This document shows positions 27,567 to 36,229 of a DNA stretch of 60,411 nucleotides, piece by piece. The notes below the pieces were generated by a model. It did no database searches. It was not told the DNA's origin and worked only from the letters and a program-made list of their open reading frames with translations. A program made the position numbers and the translations under genes. The stretch comes from an uncultured Thiotrichales bacterium (GTDB lineage: Bacteria; Pseudomonadota; Gammaproteobacteria; CAZUMV01). Location: assembly GCA_938041655.1 (NCBI GenBank), contig CALISW010000141.1, positions 1-60,411 on the forward strand, given 5' to 3'. Positions within the stretch are counted from its first letter, which is position 1, and each line of letters starts with the position of its first letter.

Positions 27567-29057
27567 TTAGGAAGATGGCCGACTGAGATATTCTCCACGT
27601 GCACCACCAATGACCAGACCGTCTTTATAGACTTTTTCACCACGAAGATAGGTAGTGGTGACCTTGCCAGTAAGCTCTTTACCTTCAAACGGCGTATAAC
27701 CTTGCGAAGACTCAGATTCCTCATGGCGAACCGTAAATGTCACCTCAGGGTCGAGCATAACCAAATCAGCGTCATAGCCTTCAGCAATATCACCTTTACT
27801 ATTTAAACCATAACGTTGCGCCGGGTTTCTCGAAACCAATTCAGCCATTTTATTGAGCGATAGTCCTCTCTTACTACCCTCGCTATACAGACCCGAGAGC
27901 AAGTACTCTGTTCCGCCAAAACCGGATTTGGAAACCCAAATATTGTCCGGGTTTGAAGCATCGTGATTTTCTGTTTTCAGCTCTTCCTGACAGCAGGCAT
28001 GATCACTGGTTACCCAGTCAACATTCCCGTCCAGCAACTGTTCCCACAAATACTCGACGTCTTCGCGCGAGCGAATCGGTGGGTTCACTTTGGCGTGACA
28101 GCAAGCCGGATCATCATAATCGAGCAACATGTGCCCGATGGTCACTTCGCGTCTAAAGTTAATATGCGGGAAGACGGTTTGCATCATCATCGCTGCTTCC
28201 ATTGCCTTGCGTGAGGTCAAATGCAGCAAGTTAATGTTTAAACATTCAGTTTCATATGCCAGATAGGAAGCAATCCAGACCGCCAGACCTTCTGAATGAG
28301 GTGGTCTGGCTGCACTGTAGGCGCGCAAGCCCGTTAACTTACCCTCAGATTGCACCAGCTTGGTATAAGCATTGAGTATGTCAGCCAACTCACAATGCAA
28401 ACTCACACTGATCTGGTCTGACATATCCGGATACTTCTTAATCAGCTTGGCTGCACCACGCATAATGAACTCAAAGTGTGCAATATCGTAAGAATCGTCT
28501 TCATCAATCATGAGGAATTCACGTTGTGCATTTTTATCCGTTTTACCGTGCAGACCATAGCCACCATAAAACATAAATATCTTGAATGATGAAACGCCAT
28601 GGTTGATCAGCAAACTCTCCATCTCATCAATGTGAGAACTCGATATAGGTGCCAAATGATAGGCATAATCAACCCAGTAGTTTCCTTTCGAGATATCCAG
28701 TACTTCCGGGTAAAAGTCTTCGTAAGAACCACCCTTGTTAAGATAATACTGCCCTGTACGGAAGTAGGTTATTGCCGAAGTGACACCACCCATAGCGGCT
28801 GCTTTACTCTCGGTCACTGCATCTTCATGCAAGGGTGAATAGATACCGACGTGCATATGAGCATCAACCAAACCGGGGAATACCAACTTACCGCCAGCAT
28901 CATCAACCGCTCGCGCCTTGTCTGCAGCTATATCTGGCGCTACTAATGATATTTTCCCTGATGTAATGGCAATATCTTGCTGAATTACCTCATCTTTTCC
29001 TGGCTGTACAACGCGAGCGTTTTTAATGATGAGATCGTATTGATGAGTATCTGACAT
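27567..29057 (-). CDS. Cyclic amidohydrolase (dihydropyrimidinase / D-hydantoinase-like)
   Basis: 496 aa. PGLVDAHMHVG (HxH) and SFKIFM (carboxylated-Lys context) are typical of the DHPase/hydantoinase/allantoinase clan. Confidence 0.8.
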   Translation of the reverse strand: MSDTHQYDLIIKNARVVQPGKDEVIQQDIAITSGKISLVAPDIAADKARAVDDAGGKLVFPGLVDAHMHVGIYSPLHEDAVTESKAAAMGGVTSAITYFRTGQYYLNKGGSYEDFYPEVLDISKGNYWVDYAYHLAPISSSHIDEMESLLINHGVSSFKIFMFYGGYGLHGKTDKNAQREFLMIDEDDSYDIAHFEFIMRGAAKLIKKYPDMSDQISVSLHCELADILNAYTKLVQSEGKLTGLRAYSAARPPHSEGLAVWIASYLAYETECLNINLLHLTSRKAMEAAMMMQTVFPHINFRREVTIGHMLLDYDDPACCHAKVNPPIRSREDVEYLWEQLLDGNVDWVTSDHACCQEELKTENHDASNPDNIWVSKSGFGGTEYLLSGLYSEGSKRGLSLNKMAELVSRNPAQRYGLNSKGDIAEGYDADLVMLDPEVTFTVRHEESESSQGYTPFEGKELTGKVTTTYLRGEKVYKDGLVIGGARGEYLSRPSS

Positions 29058-29085
29058 AGTTAATTCAAGCCCCTATTATTTGCGA

Positions 29086-29109
29086 TAATGATATAACAAT
29101 ATAGCTTTA
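29086..29109. promoter_or_regulatory. Palindromic operator copy upstream of the dihydropyrimidinase-like gene
   Basis: TAATGATATA-ACAA-TATAGCTTTA, 29 nt upstream of the minus-strand ATG at 29057. Confidence 0.5.
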
Positions 29110-29137
29110 TTCTAAAGCCTTCCCGGAAGTAACGGGC

Positions 29138-29169
29138 AAAAAAAAACGCCACTCCATGAGTGGCGTTTT
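29138..29169 (-). terminator. Rho-independent terminator for kbp
   Basis: CGCCACT-CCATG-AGTGGCG stem. It is flanked by an A9 run on the plus strand (T9 after the hairpin on the minus strand) and by T4 on the other side. Confidence 0.8.
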
Positions 29170-29186
29170 GCACAACAAAAAGACCT

Positions 29187-29696
29187 CTACCCCTGCGGGA
29201 TTATCAAAGTCTGACCGACGTAGATTTTGTTAGGATCTTTTAACAAAGGCTGGTTGGCCTCAAAGATCTTCATGTACTGACCTGCACTACCCAAAAACTC
29301 TTTAGATATCTTTCCCAGAGTATCTCCGGACTGTACTTCATAGTAGATCGTAGGAGGCGCTTCTGGTGCTGGCGGGTTCTGTACTTCAATCTGACAATCC
29401 ACATTGCTAATGCCAATCTGGTTACCGGCAGCCATAGTAATTCTATCGCAAGCCGCCTGATCTGCCACTTTTCCAGATACCGTTGCTGTATCGCCATTTA
29501 CGCTGGCTTTAAAATCCTGCACGATGATATCTTCCATACTACCCACACGGTGCTGGATTTGCGCCTCACGAATCTGATTCAAGCGTTCTGGACTTAACGA
29601 TTGTGGCTGCTCGATATCTTCATCCTCATGCAGCATATCGAATACTTTTGAACCCAGCTTCTCGCCCGCACCGGTTACAAATTTAAATATACTCAA
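29187..29696 (-). CDS. kbp: BON + LysM domain protein (potassium-binding protein Kbp/YgaU homolog)
   Basis: The N-terminus MSIFKFVTGAGEKL and the C-terminal LysM segment YYEVQSGDTLGKISKEF...KIFEANQPLLKDPNKIYVGQTLIIP closely parallel E. coli YgaU/Kbp. Confidence 0.85.
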   Translation of the reverse strand: MSIFKFVTGAGEKLGSKVFDMLHEDEDIEQPQSLSPERLNQIREAQIQHRVGSMEDIIVQDFKASVNGDTATVSGKVADQAACDRITMAAGNQIGISNVDCQIEVQNPPAPEAPPTIYYEVQSGDTLGKISKEFLGSAGQYMKIFEANQPLLKDPNKIYVGQTLIIPQG

Positions 29697-29842
29697 GTGA
29701 CACTCCTGCCTATAGTTATTCTTAAGCCTTCACTCTAAAAGCAGCTATCTACCATGTCAATCTGACTATCGCCATTAGCGCCTGATTGTTACAATTGAAT
29801 CAGTAAAATAACCCATTTATTGTTAATTCCGGGAATAACACT

Positions 29843-31066
29843 ATGAGCAATGGCACATGCATCATTATTGGTGCGAGTCACGCCGCATCACAACTTGGCC
29901 CAGACTTGCGTAAGCGAGGCTGGCAGGGGCGCATTCTAGTCATTACCGATGAAAACGTTATTCCTTATCACCGCCCACCTTTATCCAAGGAATATTTGTC
30001 CGGCAAAAAAACGTTTGAACAGATATTGATTAAAAAACCAGCGTTGTATGAAAAAAATGATATTGAGTTTTTATTAAATACACGCGTCACCTCGATCAAT
30101 CGTGATGACAAGAGCATCACTCTGGCTAATGGCGAAACTCTTGCCTACGACAAGCTGGCGTTAACCACCGGCGCCAGAGTCAGGCATATCCCTGTCCCGG
30201 GTGCCGAGCTTGATGGTGTGCATTATTTACGCGACTCCAACGATGTAGAAAAAATCATGCCATTAGCCAAGGCTGGCAATAAAGCTGTGATCATTGGCGG
30301 CGGTTATATAGGTCTTGAAACAGCCGCAGTACTGCAAACTATCGGCATGCAAGTGACGGTAATCGAAATGATGGAACGTGTGCTTGAGCGTGTCACCACC
30401 GCTGAGGTCTCTGCCTTTTACCACCGTATACACACTGAACAAGGTGTAGAAATAGTTACTGGCGCCAGTGTTACCAAAATTAATGGTGACAAGTCTGTAG
30501 AAAGCGTCACCATTGACAACGGCGATCATTATTCTGCTGACCTGGTTATTGTCGGTATCGGTGTTATCCCCAATACCGAGCTTGCAGAGGAAGCGGGTCT
30601 TGAGGTTTCTAATGGTATCGTTGTTGACGAATACTGCCGCACCAGTGATCACGACATAGTCGCTGCCGGAGACTGCACCTGGCACTACAATCCTTTTTAT
30701 GACAAACACATTCGCCTTGAGTCGGTACAAAATGCATTGGATCAGGCGCGTGTTGCAGCAGCCACACTGAATGGTGACTTAAAACCGTACGATACCCTGC
30801 CCTGGTTCTGGTCAGATCAATATGATCTAAAGCTACAAATACAGGGTCTGTCTGCTGGTTATGACGAAGTGATTATCCGCGGCGATATAGACAGCAGTCG
30901 CAAGATCGCTATTTTCTATTTAAAAGAAGGTCGTATTTTGTCAGTCGACGCGGTCAATAGCGCGCCAGAATTCATGGTTGGCAAAAAACTGATTCTGGCT
31001 AAAACAATCGTCGATAAAGAAAAACTGGCTGATGCCAGCGTATCCATAAAAGAACTAATGACGTAG
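29843..31066 (+). CDS. FAD/NAD(P)H-dependent ferredoxin (rubredoxin/putidaredoxin)-type reductase
   Basis: CIIIGASHAA, VIIGGGYIGLETAA and AAGDC motifs; 407 aa. Confidence 0.8.
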   Translation: MSNGTCIIIGASHAASQLGPDLRKRGWQGRILVITDENVIPYHRPPLSKEYLSGKKTFEQILIKKPALYEKNDIEFLLNTRVTSINRDDKSITLANGETLAYDKLALTTGARVRHIPVPGAELDGVHYLRDSNDVEKIMPLAKAGNKAVIIGGGYIGLETAAVLQTIGMQVTVIEMMERVLERVTTAEVSAFYHRIHTEQGVEIVTGASVTKINGDKSVESVTIDNGDHYSADLVIVGIGVIPNTELAEEAGLEVSNGIVVDEYCRTSDHDIVAAGDCTWHYNPFYDKHIRLESVQNALDQARVAAATLNGDLKPYDTLPWFWSDQYDLKLQIQGLSAGYDEVIIRGDIDSSRKIAIFYLKEGRILSVDAVNSAPEFMVGKKLILAKTIVDKEKLADASVSIKELMT

Positions 31067-31069
31067 CGC

Positions 31070-31621
31070 CTAATCCGTCTGAGTTAGTATCTGCGAGAGC
31101 TCTTTTCTGGCACGAGGCTCTGGCACTTTCTTTGGATACCCGTAAGGAATCAAACCCACGATCTCTTGTTGACTGCGATCTATGCCCAACACATCATAAA
31201 AACGATTATCACGTGTGATAATCCCGGTTGACCATTTAGTGCCAACCCCCGAATCCCACAACACCAGCATCAAATTCTGTATCGCACAACAAACTGCTGC
31301 GTAGTCTTCAACCAACATTAAATTAGTTTCGGCATTGGTTGTACAAGTAACAACTAACCAGCCTGGTACTGTCCCGGCCTTGTGCTTTTTTGATTGCGCC
31401 AGTGCTGGACCTTTGTATTCATTAATAACCTCATACAATAATTCAGTATAAGCAGCCGTCTTTTTGTCCCCTAACTGATAAAAATGCCAAGGCTCAGTGA
31501 GGTGGTGATTAGGCGCCCAACTCGCCGCAATAATCGCGTCTTCTATGATGGATTGATCGACTGACCGCTCAGCGTCAAATAGAGGTATTGTCCTGCGATT
31601 CTGAATGGTTTCTTTTATCAT
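31070..31621 (-). CDS. Nitroreductase family protein
   Basis: 183 aa. NRRTIPLF N-terminal motif, with length and pattern typical of the nitroreductase fold. Confidence 0.7.
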   Translation of the reverse strand: MIKETIQNRRTIPLFDAERSVDQSIIEDAIIAASWAPNHHLTEPWHFYQLGDKKTAAYTELLYEVINEYKGPALAQSKKHKAGTVPGWLVVTCTTNAETNLMLVEDYAAVCCAIQNLMLVLWDSGVGTKWSTGIITRDNRFYDVLGIDRSQQEIVGLIPYGYPKKVPEPRARKELSQILTQTD

Positions 31622-31728
31622 TATTTACCTGATCTATGGGCACCAAACCCAGTTGTTAATAAGCTTAAGATTGTGACTAAAATAGTTATTGTGCGAGCAC
31701 TCGTAGCGCGACTTAGAGTAAAAGTGCC

Positions 31729-31768
31729 ATGAAATACAACAGTAAGCACTATTCCTGTTGTATTTCAT
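31729..31768. promoter_or_regulatory. Perfect 14-bp inverted repeat upstream of the RND operon (candidate operator or RNA hairpin)
   Basis: ATGAAATACAACAG-N12-CTGTTGTATTTCAT, ending 60 nt upstream of the adaptor ATG (31829). Confidence 0.45.
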
Positions 31769-31828
31769 ACATTCTGCACAATTCACCGCTATACTTCTAT
31801 ATGTAGCAAAGAATCCTGAATACAATAC

Positions 31829-33028
31829 ATGTCTCAAAAATTACTCATACTGATCGTCATTATCGTCACGGCTCTGGCCGCATTCTTGATGACGAAAAAC
31901 AAAGCACCAGCGCGACAACGCGGGCAAGCGCCCAGTGTTGCGGTGCCCGTGCAGGCCATCACTTCAAACAGTGGAGACTATCAGGTAATTCTTTCCAGTC
32001 AGGGAATTGCGAACGCCAGAACAGAAACTGTTATTTCTGCTCAAGTGTCTGGCAATGTAATTAACGTCTCGGACAAGTACCGCGCCGGCGCCTTCTTTGA
32101 AAAGGGTGAATGGATCATGAGCATTGATAACCGGGATTATCTGGCATCGCTGCAATTATCTGAAGCTTCAGTTGACCGCGCCCGACTTGCCATCACTCAA
32201 GAAAAAGCAAATGCCGAACTGGCAAAGAAAAACTGGGACAGGCTCAACCCAGGCGAAAAAGCCAACGACCTGGTATTAAGAAAACCACAGCTCGCTTCGG
32301 CCCGGAGTGAACTCAAATCAGCGCAGGCACAATATGAAACGGCCCAGCTGAATGTTGAACGCACCCAAATCACAGCTCCCTTCAGCGGTAAACTGACAGA
32401 GAAGACGGTCGACGTTGGTCAGTATCTAACCCCCGGGCGCGCGGTTGCCAGTCTGGTGGCTACCGACAAACTCGAAATTGAACTGCCCGTCAGCGCCAAG
32501 TGGCGACAATTTATTGATCTGAAGGATGATAAGAATCCTAAGGTAGAAATATTCGTCGGCGACGACACAAGCGCCGGATGGCAAGGTGAGATTGTTAATG
32601 TCAGTGCCACCATTGATCAACAGAGCCGACAACTCGTGATGTTTGCCGAAGTACCTTCCAAAAATGATTCAGGCGGAATTGACCTGCTGGTCGGTGACTA
32701 TGTAACCGCAAAAATCTGGGGCAAGACGATTGAAAATGTTATCGCCCTACCGCGTGAAACTCTGGTGGATGGCAACGCCATCTGGATCATCAAAGATAAC
32801 AAGCTCTATAAAGAACCGGTCAACGTTATCTGGATGGATATTAACGATGTCGTTATTGAAAATACTTTACCTGCAAACACTCTGGTCAATATAACGGCAC
32901 TTGGTTATGTAGTCAGTGGCGTACCCATACGTATGATTGAGCTGGACGGCACTGAGATTAGATCAGCACCGCCAGGCAAACGGAGCAATAAACCCGACGC
33001 CAGAACACCAGCCGCCGCTACGAAATAA
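31829..33028 (+). CDS. RND efflux periplasmic adaptor (membrane fusion protein, HlyD family)
   Basis: N-terminal membrane anchor, a coiled-coil hairpin segment (SARSELKSAQAQYETAQLNVERTQITAPFSG) and C-terminal beta domains. Confidence 0.88.
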   Translation: MSQKLLILIVIIVTALAAFLMTKNKAPARQRGQAPSVAVPVQAITSNSGDYQVILSSQGIANARTETVISAQVSGNVINVSDKYRAGAFFEKGEWIMSIDNRDYLASLQLSEASVDRARLAITQEKANAELAKKNWDRLNPGEKANDLVLRKPQLASARSELKSAQAQYETAQLNVERTQITAPFSGKLTEKTVDVGQYLTPGRAVASLVATDKLEIELPVSAKWRQFIDLKDDKNPKVEIFVGDDTSAGWQGEIVNVSATIDQQSRQLVMFAEVPSKNDSGGIDLLVGDYVTAKIWGKTIENVIALPRETLVDGNAIWIIKDNKLYKEPVNVIWMDINDVVIENTLPANTLVNITALGYVVSGVPIRMIELDGTEIRSAPPGKRSNKPDARTPAAATK

Positions 33029-33034
33029 TTCCAG

Positions 33035-36000
33035 ATGATCAAATGGTTTGCAGAAAACGATGTCGCCGCAAATCTCTTGTTGGTATTTCTGGTTGCCTTT
33101 GGCCTCTTTAGTTTAACCAACATCCTGCCCACCGAGGTATTCCCTACTACTGAAAGAGAAGCCATCAATATTTCAGTTACGCAGCGTGGTGCAACGCCCT
33201 CGGATATAGAATCTGGAATCACCGAGCGCATCGAGGCAGCAATTGCTGACTATGCCGAGATCGATGAAATCACATCAACCTCCACCGAAAACCGGTCTTC
33301 GGTTCGAGCGAGTCTCTACACCGGCACAGACAAACAAAAAGCACTCAACGAAATCAAGTCTCGAGTTGATGCGCTTTCAACGCTTCCAACCAGCGCAGAA
33401 CGTCCGACCATCTCCGTCTCGGAATTTTCCCGGGATGTCATCAACCTGGTCATCTATGGCGACATAGACGAGAAAGAACTCAACTTATTGAGCCGGCAAA
33501 TTGAAGATGAAATTCTCCGTGTTCCCGGTATTTCACAGACCAGTATAGAAGGCATTAGACCCTTTGAAATCAGCATCAACATTTCCGAACAAAAACTGCG
33601 TGAATACAATATTAGCGTTAACGATATCTCTGTCGCTATTCGTAGACAGTCGCTAGATCTATCAGCGGGTCAGGTCCGTACCAAGAGCGGCGACATATTA
33701 CTGAGCACCAAATCTCAGGCATACACCTATGACGATTACGCCGAGCTACCTATTTTTAATTACCCCGATGGCTCTAGCCTCAAGTTGGGTGATATCGCGA
33801 CCATCGATGATGGTTTTGATGAGAATACGATACTGACCAGATACAACGGTAAACGCGCTGCACGCCTGAGCATCAGCAGGATCGGCAAAGAAAATGCGAT
33901 CGAAGTGGCGGAGAAAGTACGCAAATTCCGGGCAGACTACGAACCACGCTTACCCGAAACGGTCAAGCTGGCGATCTGGGATGATGACTCGGAAATAATT
34001 AGAGACCGAATTAACACCTTACTCAAAAGTGCCTGGCAAGGACTGATCCTTGTCTTTATTTTATTGGCATTAATGTTACGCACATCGGTAGCAATCTGGG
34101 TCACCGTCGGTATACCTGTATGTTTTGCAGGTGCACTCGCCGTAATGCCCTGGGTAGGCGCAACCATCAATATTTTTAGTGTATTTGGCTTCATTATTGT
34201 ACTTGGTGTGGTGGTAGATGATGCCATCGTCACAGGTGAAAACATCTATACACATTTCACAAGGCATGGTGATGGTTTACGTGCGGCAATAGAAGGCACT
34301 GAGGAAGTGTCAAAACCGGTTGTCTTCGGCGTACTAACTACCATAGCTGCATTCACACCCTTCCTGCTAATCACCGAAGGCTTTGCAGCATTTGCGCGCT
34401 CTATGGCAGTTGTTGTTGTTTGCTGCCTAGTATTCTCGCTGATTGAAAGTAAATTGATTTTACCTTCTCATTTAAAGCACATGAAAAATAGTGATGAGCG
34501 AGAAGGTGCAAGCAATCCAATACTTCTAAAGTTTCGTCATATTCAAGATGCTGTCGGCCATGGCATGATGTCTTTTGCCTACAACACCTACCGACCATTC
34601 CTGATCAAGGTGGTTAGAAATCGTTATCTAACATTGACTGTTTTTATCGCCATGACCGTGCTGACCGTATTCATGTTTCGAACTGGAATGATTAGCTACA
34701 CCTTTTTTCCACGAGTAGCCGGCACTACAGCAAATGCCACTCTCACCATGGCTGAAGGCACTCCCTATGAAGTTACAGAAAAAGCAGTTAGTACGCTTGA
34801 TCAAGCAGCGATCAAGACGGTCGCCAAATATACGAATGAAGATACCGGAGAAACTTCGGTTAAAGGTATTTTATCGACTGTAGGCTCCCAGGGTGGTGGT
34901 GGCAGACGCAGTAGTGGCAGCGGCAATCGAGCCAGAGTACAGGTTGAACTCGACACTACAAATTCAGCACCAGTTCCGATGAGCGCCGCCGACTTCGTCA
35001 AAGACTGGCGCACTGCGGCTGGCTCCATCATGGGCGTAGAATCACTAACCTATCGCAGCGAAAGGTTTCGCATTGCTGATCCAGTAAGCGTTCAATTGAC
35101 CGGCACTGATGGAGAGGAACTTGATAAGGTGGTTGCAGCCATTGAAAACAAATTAAAGACATTTGATGGTGTGTTCGACATTGGTAATTCTCTCAGCAAT
35201 GGCAAGCGTGAATTGAACATTGCGCTTAAGCCTCAGGGTGAATTACTCGGGCTGAATCTACAAAACATCACTACCCAGGTACGCTCGGCCTTCTTTGGCT
35301 CTGAAGCCCAGCGCATCCAACGTCAACGCGATGATATAAGAGTAATGGTGAAGTACCCCGTCAATGAACGCTCTGACCTCTCAAAACTTGACGACCTGAT
35401 GATCAAGACCGGTAGCAATATCGAAGCACGTTTCAGCGATATAGCCACTGTTTCCTGGACCCGTTCACCCAGCAGCATACGACGTATTGATCAACGCCGC
35501 GCGGTTAATGTGACTGCTGATCTGGATAAAACAGCGGTTGACGAAAAACAACTCAATCAGGAATTGAATACTTACATCGCGAACCTGCTGGCTTCGTATC
35601 CGCAAATCTCCTATAGCATGGAAGGTGAGCAACGTGCACAAAGAGACAGCAATACCGAGATGCTCTACAGCACACTATTCATAATTTTGGTTATCTATAC
35701 TCTGCTCGCCATTCCGTTCAAATCTTACAGCCAACCTTTAGTCGTTATCATGGTCATGCCTTTTTCCCTGATTGGGTGCATTTTGGGTCATGTGATCATG
35801 GGTATCGGCATGTCTATCTTCAGCTTTTGGGGAGTACTCGCTTTATTCGGAATTCTGGTTAACGACAGTCTCGTAATGGTCGACTGGGTAAATCGACGCG
35901 TCAACAGTGGCATGGATAAGTTTCAAGCCATAATCGAGGCTGGAGCTTCTAGGTTTCGCCCCATCATTCTAACTTCTGTTACTACTTTCGTTGGTGTATT

Positions 36001-36217
36001 CCCTATTTTGTTTGACGATAGCGATCAGGGAAGATTCCTGGCACCCATGGCTATTTCGCTCGGCTTTGGTATTTTGTTTGCAACCTTCATCACCTTGTTG
36101 ATGGTTCCCTGCAATTACCTGATACTCGAAGACATCAAGCGGCTGTTTAAACGAGATAGCGAGGATATCAATGAAAGCTATGAGCCCCTTACCAACGATC
36201 TCAAACACGAGATCTAG
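33035..36217 (+). CDS. RND efflux permease (AcrB/AcrD/AcrF superfamily), paralog 1
   Basis: 1060 aa with 12-TM architecture. TM4 reads VLGVVVDDAIV. Starts 6 nt after the adaptor stop. Confidence 0.92.
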   Translation: MIKWFAENDVAANLLLVFLVAFGLFSLTNILPTEVFPTTEREAINISVTQRGATPSDIESGITERIEAAIADYAEIDEITSTSTENRSSVRASLYTGTDKQKALNEIKSRVDALSTLPTSAERPTISVSEFSRDVINLVIYGDIDEKELNLLSRQIEDEILRVPGISQTSIEGIRPFEISINISEQKLREYNISVNDISVAIRRQSLDLSAGQVRTKSGDILLSTKSQAYTYDDYAELPIFNYPDGSSLKLGDIATIDDGFDENTILTRYNGKRAARLSISRIGKENAIEVAEKVRKFRADYEPRLPETVKLAIWDDDSEIIRDRINTLLKSAWQGLILVFILLALMLRTSVAIWVTVGIPVCFAGALAVMPWVGATINIFSVFGFIIVLGVVVDDAIVTGENIYTHFTRHGDGLRAAIEGTEEVSKPVVFGVLTTIAAFTPFLLITEGFAAFARSMAVVVVCCLVFSLIESKLILPSHLKHMKNSDEREGASNPILLKFRHIQDAVGHGMMSFAYNTYRPFLIKVVRNRYLTLTVFIAMTVLTVFMFRTGMISYTFFPRVAGTTANATLTMAEGTPYEVTEKAVSTLDQAAIKTVAKYTNEDTGETSVKGILSTVGSQGGGGRRSSGSGNRARVQVELDTTNSAPVPMSAADFVKDWRTAAGSIMGVESLTYRSERFRIADPVSVQLTGTDGEELDKVVAAIENKLKTFDGVFDIGNSLSNGKRELNIALKPQGELLGLNLQNITTQVRSAFFGSEAQRIQRQRDDIRVMVKYPVNERSDLSKLDDLMIKTGSNIEARFSDIATVSWTRSPSSIRRIDQRRAVNVTADLDKTAVDEKQLNQELNTYIANLLASYPQISYSMEGEQRAQRDSNTEMLYSTLFIILVIYTLLAIPFKSYSQPLVVIMVMPFSLIGCILGHVIMGIGMSIFSFWGVLALFGILVNDSLVMVDWVNRRVNSGMDKFQAIIEAGASRFRPIILTSVTTFVGVFPILFDDSDQGRFLAPMAISLGFGILFATFITLLMVPCNYLILEDIKRLFKRDSEDINESYEPLTNDLKHEI

Positions 36218-36229
36218 AGACCTGAAAAC

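Noticed and set aside
31634-31837. 67-aa minus-strand ORF in the nitroreductase/adaptor intergenic region
   Set aside because: It is Cys/Tyr/Asn-rich with no ribosome-binding site, and it covers the 14-bp inverted repeat. The region is better explained as regulatory DNA.
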